Positions 35,923 through 43,444 of a stretch of 64,000 bases of DNA are shown piece by piece. The stretch comes from an uncultured Clostridia bacterium (GTDB lineage: Bacteria; Bacillota; Clostridia; TANB77; CAG-508): assembly GCA_947629765.1 (NCBI GenBank), contig CANREW010000002.1, positions 2,737 through 66,736 on the forward strand, read 5' to 3'. The notes below the pieces were generated by a model, which searched no databases, was not told the origin of the DNA, and saw only the letters and a program-made list of their open reading frames with translations. The position numbers and the translations under genes were made by a program. Numbering within the stretch: position 1 is the stretch's first letter; every line of letters starts with the position of its first letter.

Positions 35923-36008
35923 AAGAAATGAGAATCCACGAAAGTGGTTGCCGTAAAAGTGTAAATAATCATTCTGGATTGGGCAAAAAGCAGAATGATT
36001 ATTTTTTA
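35923..36008 (+). ncRNA. Candidate antitoxin sRNA, copy A
   Basis: TTGACA (35888..35893), a 17-nt spacer and TATAAT (35911..35916). The ~85-nt transcript has a GNRA hairpin CCAC-GAAA-GTGG and the terminator AATAATCATTCTG..CAGAATGATTATT plus T-run. It converges on and overlaps the 3' end of the peptide gene. Confidence 0.5.
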
Positions 36009-36119
36009 TTGCCTATGTAGTAAGAAACAAATGATGATTAACAAGGCAAGGTTTATAAGTGTTATTCCTATCATTCCATAGAACAATAGGTAAGTTATTA
36101 ATAATAAAGCATTTTCCAC
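36006..36119 (-). CDS. Candidate type I toxin, 37-aa hydrophobic peptide, copy A
   Basis: GAGGGGGTGG RBS then GTG: MENALLLITYLLFYGMIGITLINLALLIIICFLLHRQ*. Its own promoter is TTGTAT-17-TATAGT (minus strand, 36258..36230) with a ~100-nt 5' UTR. It is below the ORF-track size cutoff. Confidence 0.55.
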   Translation of the reverse strand: MENALLLITYLLFYGMIGITLINLALLIIICFLLHRQ

Positions 36120-36598
36120 GTTAACCACCCCCTCATAGTCAGTCTCACAAGCTAAACAGCTGTGGAGTAGTTTGCAACATCAAAGAGCAAAAGGGGCAAC
36201 ACACTCCGCTTATTCTCATTTCATTTAACACTATACTACAAGTTTAACTAAAATACAAGCGAACAAAACAAATTTTTGTGATTTTTCATAAATTTTTATC
36301 TAACTATTGCAAAGTATAAAAAGTTATGTTAATATAAGAATGTCAAAAAAAGCCAACATTGTATATACACTTTTAGCAAGGCTTAGAGCCTGTTATATTT
36401 AAGAGTTGAAATAGATATTTTTTTGCCTACTAGATTTCGCAAACGTGTCTAGTTAGGGCACCAACGACGTATCTGTCCGAACTTTATAGAACAGATAGAT
36501 ATAAGTATCATTCTGAAAAAAGATGGTATTTTTTTTATTTTATTTTGTTATTTTCAGTATGTACTGTATTACCCCAAGTTTTACACTATTGGTCAAAA

Positions 36599-36662
36599 AT
36601 CATATGGGGGTTAGGCATCTTGAGATAAGTCAAGTTTCTATGTTACGAGACAAGTTTAAATG
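36599..36662 (+). other. Orphan second copy of the oriT-proximal hairpin region
   Basis: atCATAtGGGGGTTAGGcATcTTGAgATAaGTCAAgTTtC..TAACGAG..TAAATG aligns with 29781..29838 just upstream of mob, but no relaxase gene follows. Confidence 0.45.
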
Positions 36663-36726
36663 TAAAAAATAAAGTATAAATTTAATTAAATATATGTTAT
36701 AATATTTTTATAGAGGTAAAAGTATT

Positions 36727-37221
36727 ATGAATCTTATATTTTTAGATGTAGATGGAGTTATAAATTCAGTCAACAATTTAATTAAGGTATATAATGAGAC
36801 ACATAAACCACACTCCGGATATTCGTATCCTTTTGACTCCAACTGTTTAGAAAATTTAAAAAAATTAGTAATAGAAACAAACTCTAGTCTAGTAATTTCT
36901 TCTACTTGGAGACTTTCTGAAAAAGGAAGAGACACACTGCTACAAGAATTAAAAAAATATGATCTAGACAAATTAGTAATTGGTTATACTCCTTTTTTAG
37001 GTTCTAGTAGAAAAGATGAAATTAAAGATTTTTTATCTAATTTTGAATCTAGTTTTACTACAAATTTTATTATATTAGACGATGATTCTGACATGGGTGA
37101 TTTGCTGCCTTTTTTAGTAAAGACCAATCGTCAAGTAGGTCTTACTGAGGAAAATGTACAACAAGCAATTAAAAAATTAACAAAATCTATTATTAAGGAG
37201 AATGATGACTTTGAAAAATAA
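36727..37221 (+). CDS. HAD-superfamily phosphatase-like protein
   Basis: 164-aa ORF with 'IFLDVDGVIN' (motif I), 'ISSTWR' and 'ILDDDSD'. Confidence 0.65.
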   Translation: MNLIFLDVDGVINSVNNLIKVYNETHKPHSGYSYPFDSNCLENLKKLVIETNSSLVISSTWRLSEKGRDTLLQELKKYDLDKLVIGYTPFLGSSRKDEIKDFLSNFESSFTTNFIILDDDSDMGDLLPFLVKTNRQVGLTEENVQQAIKKLTKSIIKENDDFEK

Positions 37222-37305
37222 TAGATAATAAAAAATAATTGGCACAAAAACGTAAAATAAATTTTCAAAAAATATTTTTATAAATTACTTAGATAATAAA
37301 TATTA

Positions 37306-37332
37306 GAAAAAGCTCTGCTTTCAAGCAGAGCT
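37306..37332 (-). terminator. Terminator of the 37391..37846 gene
   Basis: AGCTCTGC..GCAGAGCT hairpin with the T-run on the minus strand. Confidence 0.7.
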
Positions 37333-37390
37333 AATCCTTATTCCACATCTTTGTCTTTCTGAAAAATGGTTTTCTTTTTGCTTTTGGTAC

Positions 37391-37846
37391 CTATACAAAT
37401 TCAGGAAAAGGCATTTCTCTCTTGTGATGTTTTACTGCATAAATTTCATTCAAGAAATTCAGCATATATCCAAGATTTTCGTGCTCCTGCAGAAGATTAG
37501 TGTTTTGTTCTCTTTCTTCTCCCGACATATTGTTCCATTTTTTGGCAACTTCATTTGCTTTAACAGCAAGTTTTTGACCTTCTTCTTCTAACTGTTCATC
37601 GGTTAAGTCTTTGTACTTGGCATAGTCAATAACAAATTCTAAATCTCTGAAGAAACTTACTTCATGTTCTTCATCAAACCTTACAAAATCAAACCGATTT
37701 GAGTCATTGACAATAGTTACACCTGTAAATACCTTTGTATAGATAGATACAGGTACTGGCAAGTCACTCTGATTAATCAAATGCATGATATCCTGCATCT
37801 GAACGTAAACAACTTCTTTACCATTTTCTGTGTGGAATAATTTCAT
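37391..37846 (-). CDS. Hypothetical protein
   Basis: 151-aa ORF with RBS AAGGAGG. G+C is visibly higher than the surroundings, and it contains an in-frame CGG (37694..37696) that reads through. Confidence 0.5.
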   Translation of the reverse strand: MKLFHTENGKEVVYVQMQDIMHLINQSDLPVPVSIYTKVFTGVTIVNDSNRFDFVRFDEEHEVSFFRDLEFVIDYAKYKDLTDEQLEEEGQKLAVKANEVAKKWNNMSGEEREQNTNLLQEHENLGYMLNFLNEIYAVKHHKREMPFPEFV

Positions 37847-38170
37847 ACAGATTCCTCCTTACAATTGTTATGCGAGGTTTTTAAAATTGCTATTTTTGTT
37901 TATTTCGCATAGCTACGAATGATGTTAAAAGTATAGCATATTTTTATGCTAATTTCAAGTTTATGTATATTCTATTGTTATTTTTATTTAAATTTCAATT
38001 TTTGAATAGTTTGATTTTTTTAAAATTATTTGATATAATATTTTCATAAAACCTCATCTTTTCTGGGAGATATTTTGTTTTCGTTCAAAAAATATTATAT
38101 CACTAGGAGTTTGAGGTTTCAATTTTCATTTAAGTTAACAGATTGATATTTTTATAAAGGAGAGAATAAA

Positions 38171-38758
38171 ATGAATCTTAATATTCCACAAGAATTTAAA
38201 AAGATGAACTCAATGCCAGAAGATCAAAAAGATTCTTCTGCATTTGAAAAGCAAACAGCATCATCAAACTGTTTTTTGATGATATATCCAATAGACAATC
38301 AAAAAGCAATGCCATATGAAAATGAAAAAGCAGTTGTAGATGGTATTCATGGAGCACTTACAGATACACAGGGATTAGTTGAAGTTAAAACTGGAACAAC
38401 TAAAAATCAAAAAAGATATGTTTATAGTATTGTAAAATCAAAACTAGAGCCAAGTGGTGTACAATATATTTTAACAATGCATATTGATATGCAAGATTAT
38501 ACTATTAATGTTCAAGCATTTTTTAATGAAAAAGGTATAACTGGTGGTAGAGATACTGCAATAATGAATAAAATGATTAATGAAGAGAAAATAGCTCTTC
38601 CAAATCTTAATGGATGGCTTAAAGACCCATATGATGAAAACTACAAAAGAGGGTTGCTTATGAATTTATCAGAACAATCTCAATATGATGAATTGTTTCC
38701 AGAACATCCTTTATCAGAAGCAAGGAAATTTATTGAATATGTGGTAGAAAGTAATTAA
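38171..38758 (+). CDS. Hypothetical protein
   Basis: 195-aa ORF with RBS AAGGAGAG and no motif I recognise. Confidence 0.5.
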   Translation: MNLNIPQEFKKMNSMPEDQKDSSAFEKQTASSNCFLMIYPIDNQKAMPYENEKAVVDGIHGALTDTQGLVEVKTGTTKNQKRYVYSIVKSKLEPSGVQYILTMHIDMQDYTINVQAFFNEKGITGGRDTAIMNKMINEEKIALPNLNGWLKDPYDENYKRGLLMNLSEQSQYDELFPEHPLSEARKFIEYVVESN

Positions 38759-38857
38759 AGTTGAAATATAGGTTATCAAAAAATAACTATGTCATTACAA
38801 AGTATTATAAAATTTATTATAATGTATCAAATAAATAATTTATAGAATGGAGTTCAT

Positions 38858-39328
38858 ATGGAAATTATAAGATTAGAACATAGTAATAACTATATTTTTG
38901 ATAAAATATGTGAATGGAATTATAATTGGTGGGGAATAAGAAATAATAATAGTTTTGAAGAAGTAAAATGTAATTTAGAACATTGTCTTTGCAAAGAAAG
39001 ACTGCCTCAAACTTTTGTGGCTTTAATTGATGGAGAGCCAGCAGGTATGTATCAATTGTCAATGTCTGAGGATTTAATTAGTAGACCAGATATTTATCCT
39101 TGGCTTATAAATGTATATGTTGATGAGAAATTTAGAGGAAGAAATGTTTGCAGAAAGTTGATGAATACAGTAAATGAAAACGCTAAAAAAGCAAATTTAA
39201 CAGAATTATTTTTATATACAAAGCATATAGGATTATATGAAAAATTTGGTTGGGAGTTTGTTGAAGAAATAAAGACTTTTAAAGATGATTCGCCAATAGA
39301 AAGATTATATAGATTAAAAATAAAGTAA
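38858..39328 (+). CDS. GNAT-family N-acetyltransferase
   Basis: 'VYVDEKFRGRNVCRKLMNTVNENAKKANLTELFLYT..LYEKFGWEF' matches the acetyl-CoA-binding motif A pattern. Confidence 0.75.
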   Translation: MEIIRLEHSNNYIFDKICEWNYNWWGIRNNNSFEEVKCNLEHCLCKERLPQTFVALIDGEPAGMYQLSMSEDLISRPDIYPWLINVYVDEKFRGRNVCRKLMNTVNENAKKANLTELFLYTKHIGLYEKFGWEFVEEIKTFKDDSPIERLYRLKIK

Positions 39329-39415
39329 GGCAGAGGTAAGGAGCTTTTGTACTAGTCTCGTAAGTATAGGCTAATATAATTTGACAAAACTAACAAAAGT
39401 GTGTATAATAAAAAT

Positions 39416-39508
39416 AAGAAATGAGAAACCACGAAAGTGGTTGCCGATTTAAAAGTAAATAACCATTCTGTATTTTATTTGTCGTACAAAGCAGAATGGT
39501 TATTTTTA
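39416..39508 (+). ncRNA. Candidate antitoxin sRNA, copy B
   Basis: TTGACA (39381..39386), a 17-nt spacer and TATAAT (39404..39409). It keeps the CCAC-GAAA-GTGG hairpin and has the terminator AACCATTCTG..CAGAATGGTT plus T-run, with compensatory changes relative to copy A. Confidence 0.5.
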
Positions 39509-39619
39509 TTGCCTATGTAGTAAGGAACAAATGATGATTAACAAGGCAAGGTTTATAAGTGTCATTCCTATCATTCCATAGAACAATAGATAAGTTATAA
39601 GTAATAAAGCATTTTCCAC
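39506..39619 (-). CDS. Candidate type I toxin, 37-aa hydrophobic peptide, copy B
   Basis: MENALLLITYLLFYGMIGMTLINLALLIIICSLLHRQ*. It differs from copy A by 2 aa changes and 2 synonymous changes, with identical length, RBS and GTG start. Confidence 0.55.
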   Translation of the reverse strand: MENALLLITYLLFYGMIGMTLINLALLIIICSLLHRQ

Positions 39620-39960
39620 GTTAACCACCCCCTTATAGTAAGTCTCACAAGCTAAACAGCTGTGGAGTAGTTTGTAACATCAAAGAATAAAAGGGGCAAC
39701 CAATTCCGCTAATTCTCATTTCATTTAACACTATACTACAAGTTTAACTAATATACAAGCGAACAAAACAAATTTTTGCAAAAAATTAAATTAATTTAAA
39801 AATTTTATAAAGGTTAATTGTATATAGATTTATAATATGATAAAATATAAATAAATTTCCAAAAATTGTAAAACTTAGAGTGAAAGATTCTTTAAAATAT
39901 AAGAAATTATTGTATAGAATAATAACAATTTATGTATAAATAAAAGGTGAAAAGTAAAAT

Positions 39961-40959
39961 ATGGAATTAATTAAGAAAAAATTTAATGAAACAATCTTTT
40001 ATAAAAAAGATAGCCAATTAGAATATCAAATTGAAGCATTAAAGAAAATACAAAATGAGTATCCAGATAGTAATAAAATAAAGCAAAAATTAAAACTATG
40101 TGAATTAGGATTAAAAGGAGAAAAAGAAATAGAATTTGAACTAAAAAATGCTGATATTGGTATGTATGTTTTACATGATGTCAATTTAGAAATAGACGAT
40201 ATGAAAGCACAAATTGATTACATAGTAATTACTCCAGTATATACATATTTTATAGAAAGCAAAAACTTAATTGGAAATATAACTGTAAATGACAGAGGAG
40301 AATTTATAAGAGAATATTTTTATGATAATAAAAAAATAAAAGAAGGGATATATTCACCACTAAGACAAGTAGAAAGGTATATTGAAATTTTTAAAAAAAT
40401 ATGGAAACAAAAGCATACAGGAATAATTGATAAGGTACTTAGATATAGGACACTTGATACATGGTTTAGACCATTAGTAGTAATGGCTAATCCTAAAAAT
40501 ATTCTAAATGTAAAATATGCGCCAAAAACAATAAAAGATAAAATAATAAAATCAGATTCTTTAGTAAATTATATAAAGAATGATATTAAAAATACAAACA
40601 AAGAATATATAAGCAATCAAAAAACGATGGAAGAAAATGCTTTTAATCTTATGCAAAAATACAATGTAAATATAAATAGAGATTATGAAAAAGAAATAAG
40701 AAAATGGATAAGTGAGGATATTAAAGAAAATAACCTGCCACAAAATATAGATGCAATAAAAAAAGCACTTTTAGAGTATAGAGCTAAGAAATCAAAAGAA
40801 AAGAATATACCAGCATATTATATTTTTAATGATGACGAATTAAAAAGCTTAATAATGTATTTGCCTAAAACTAAAAATGAATTAGAAAAACTAAAAATAT
40901 TAACATCAGTAAAAATCAGACTTCATGGTCAGGAAATAATAGATATAATTAACGCATAA
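39961..40959 (+). CDS. NERD-domain protein with a C-terminal HRDC-like domain
   Basis: The 'GLKGEKEIEFELKN..VLHDVNL..QIDYIVITPVYTYFIESKN' pattern is typical of NERD. The C-terminus 'IPAYYIFNDDELKSLIMYLPKTKNELEKLKIL' is HRDC/RecQ-C-like. Confidence 0.65.
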   Translation: MELIKKKFNETIFYKKDSQLEYQIEALKKIQNEYPDSNKIKQKLKLCELGLKGEKEIEFELKNADIGMYVLHDVNLEIDDMKAQIDYIVITPVYTYFIESKNLIGNITVNDRGEFIREYFYDNKKIKEGIYSPLRQVERYIEIFKKIWKQKHTGIIDKVLRYRTLDTWFRPLVVMANPKNILNVKYAPKTIKDKIIKSDSLVNYIKNDIKNTNKEYISNQKTMEENAFNLMQKYNVNINRDYEKEIRKWISEDIKENNLPQNIDAIKKALLEYRAKKSKEKNIPAYYIFNDDELKSLIMYLPKTKNELEKLKILTSVKIRLHGQEIIDIINA

Positions 40960-41003
40960 TAAATATTATTACATTTGCAAAAAATAATATAAAATTAAAA
41001 ACA

Positions 41004-41047
41004 AAGCATAATTTTACAAATATTGTAAAATTATGCTTGATTTTTTC
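41004..41047 (+). terminator. Intrinsic terminator after the NERD gene
   Basis: 15-bp stem AAGCATAATTTTACA / TGTAAAATTATGCTT followed by GATTTTTT. Confidence 0.8.
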
Positions 41048-41299
41048 AAGATAATATGCTAATATATAGCAGTATCATTCAAAAAAATTTTTTTCAAAAA
41101 ATTTTAAAATCAAAAAATTCAAAAATTTCTAAATTTTACCAAATTAAAACTAAATTAGAAATTAAACAGGCTCGTATATTTGTATATTTTACAAATTTTA
41201 ATAGATATGAGAGAAAGGAGGAATTTAAAAATAACCAAGGATTAAATGATAAAAATACTAGAGATAATATACTGAAATTTAATTAAGAAAGGAAAAATT

Positions 41300-43435
41300 A
41301 TGACTAAAAAAATATTTATAATATTGGTTATTGCAATAGCTTTATTTGGCATACAAAAAACTTATGCAATGACTAAGAAAGACGAGATAAATCTTGAAGG
41401 AGAGGAAAAACTAGAAACTCTATTAGAAGTAAACGAAGAAGAATGGAAGGACTTAGAAATCCTCAAATATAGCGAAGATAATGGAATCATATATAAGCTA
41501 GGTAGCAATGAAGGAAATACTAATATAACTATTTCAGATGAGATACAAGATACAGCAATAATTACAATACTTGCGAATGGTTATAGTAAAAAAGATGCTC
41601 AAACACTTGGTGTTAGTAATTCAAATGATGCATATATTGCAACTAAAATTGCACTAGACTGCGCAAGTAAAGGAATAGACAAAGATAGCATTGAAAATTA
41701 TTTTAGAGTAAAAGAGAATTTAGAATCTCCATTAAAAGAAAGAGCAGAAAATATAATAGAAACGGCAAAAAATCTTTTAGGTATAACAAAAAATGACTAC
41801 TTTGCTAGTGGTATTGAAATACAACAAACAGGAAATATAGAACTAGATGAATTTAATGAAGAATATTGCTCACAAAAATATAAAATAATAACAAGTAATT
41901 GTATACCTAAGAAATATAATATATCAGATTATAGCAATTTTATAAGTGAAGTATTTTCAACAAATAATGAAGGAGTAAGAAAAGACAATTTTTCTATGGA
42001 AGAAGATTCTAATATATTTAGAATAACAATGCCAAAGGAATATAGAACAGAGGCATTTGAAGGAAAATTTAAGCTTGAATTAATATACGAAAAAAATACA
42101 GCATATTTTGGAAAAAATGGAGATAGCACATACATAATTTTTACTGATAAAGAAGAAAGAAAATCATTTAATGTATATCTTCTTAATAAAAAATCTTCTA
42201 TATCTATAACTGTAAAAGATAAAGATAAACCAAGAACAGTTATAGAAAATGTAAAAATAAAAATCAAAGATGAAAATAATTTAGTAAATGATACTTATAC
42301 AAGCAATAGTCGTGGATCAATATTTGTAACAAGGCTTGGGAAAGGCAATGTTCAAATGGAAGTTTTAGAAGTTCCGCAAAGTTATGTTTTAGAAGAAACT
42401 TTATATAATAAGAATCTGGATTACAGTGAGTATTGTGAATATACTATAAGTTTGAAATATAAAAAAGGTAGCTTACACATAAATAATAATGCAAAAGGAG
42501 CAATGTTTGAGATTTATGATAAAAATTCAGCTTATATTGGAACATATCAAACTAATGAAGATGGTGAGATTCAAATAGATGAAATTAATATAGGCGAAGA
42601 TTATATCTTGAAACAGATAAGTGTACCTGACGGATATAAAATAGTAGAAGATAGCAAATTTTCAATTCTATACAATGAAACAACAACTATTGATATTGTA
42701 AATGAAGAAATAATAAAAGAAAACCAAAAAGAAGAAGGAAACGAAAAAGGCAATGGTGAAACAGATTCTGACGATGATGAAAATAGTAGATTGCCAAGTG
42801 TAGATGGTGGAAACGGACAAGTAGAAGATAATGATAATAAAGCAAAACAAGAGCAAGAAGATAAAAAAGAAACACCAAATATAGGGCAAGAGGAAAACAA
42901 GGAAAACGAACCAGAAAAACAAGAAGAACCAAAGGAACAAGACAAAATAAATAAAACAGAAGAAGTTATAGAAAACAATGAAACAAAAGAAGAGGAAAAT
43001 AAAGAATATGAACCAGAAAAACAAGAAGAACCAAAAGAACAAGACAAAATAGATAGAATAGAAGAAGATATAGAAAACAATGGAGCAAAAGAAGAGGAAA
43101 ATAAAGAAAACAAACCAGAGAAATCAGAAGAATCAAAAGAACAAGACAAAATAGATAGAATAGAAGAAGTTATAGAAAATAACGAAGAAAAAGACATACA
43201 AAAAGAAAATGAATCAAACCTTGAAAACCGAAATAATGCAGATAGTAAAGAAGACACAGACAAAAATAGTATTTCTAATTCAACAAATGATAATATTAAA
43301 ACCGAAAATGCAAGTCCAAATAAGTTACCAAGAACAGGATACGATTTTCCAGAAATTAAACCATGGCACATTATACTAATAATATTTATACTCTTATACA
43401 TATTAAAAAGGACCGCTAAATCGCAGTCCAAATAG
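41300..43435 (+). CDS. LPXTG-anchored surface protein with SpaA/Cna-B-type prealbumin-fold domains and an acidic repeat stalk
   Basis: Signal peptide MTKKIFIILVIAIALFGIQKTYA, '..NEDGEIQIDEINIGEDYILKQISVPDGYK' type domains, and a C-terminal LPRTG followed by a hydrophobic helix and KRTAKSQSK. Confidence 0.8.
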   Translation: MTKKIFIILVIAIALFGIQKTYAMTKKDEINLEGEEKLETLLEVNEEEWKDLEILKYSEDNGIIYKLGSNEGNTNITISDEIQDTAIITILANGYSKKDAQTLGVSNSNDAYIATKIALDCASKGIDKDSIENYFRVKENLESPLKERAENIIETAKNLLGITKNDYFASGIEIQQTGNIELDEFNEEYCSQKYKIITSNCIPKKYNISDYSNFISEVFSTNNEGVRKDNFSMEEDSNIFRITMPKEYRTEAFEGKFKLELIYEKNTAYFGKNGDSTYIIFTDKEERKSFNVYLLNKKSSISITVKDKDKPRTVIENVKIKIKDENNLVNDTYTSNSRGSIFVTRLGKGNVQMEVLEVPQSYVLEETLYNKNLDYSEYCEYTISLKYKKGSLHINNNAKGAMFEIYDKNSAYIGTYQTNEDGEIQIDEINIGEDYILKQISVPDGYKIVEDSKFSILYNETTTIDIVNEEIIKENQKEEGNEKGNGETDSDDDENSRLPSVDGGNGQVEDNDNKAKQEQEDKKETPNIGQEENKENEPEKQEEPKEQDKINKTEEVIENNETKEEENKEYEPEKQEEPKEQDKIDRIEEDIENNGAKEEENKENKPEKSEESKEQDKIDRIEEVIENNEEKDIQKENESNLENRNNADSKEDTDKNSISNSTNDNIKTENASPNKLPRTGYDFPEIKPWHIILIIFILLYILKRTAKSQSK
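42887..43192 (+). repeat. Three tandem 102-bp (34-aa) repeats inside the LPXTG gene
   Basis: The unit EENKE(N/Y)(E/K)PEK(Q/S)EE(P/S)KEQDKI(N/D)(K/R)(T/I)EE(V/D)IENN... occurs three times head to tail. Confidence 0.85.
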
Positions 43436-43444
43436 TCTATAAAC

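Larger units (their letters stand above)
35886..36278. repeat. Copy A of the ~0.4-kb direct repeat (type I TA-like module)
   Basis: About 90% identical by eye to 39379..39778 over its whole length. Confidence 0.85.
39379..39778. repeat. Copy B of the ~0.4-kb direct repeat (type I TA-like module)
   Basis: Matches 35886..36278, with all promoter, hairpin, RBS and ORF elements conserved. Confidence 0.85.

Noticed and set aside
41056-41286. 76-aa plus-strand ORF between the NERD gene terminator and the LPXTG gene.
   Set aside because: It is extremely AT-rich and low-complexity (K/I/N/F), has no RBS, and occupies what looks like the promoter and leader region of the surface-protein gene.
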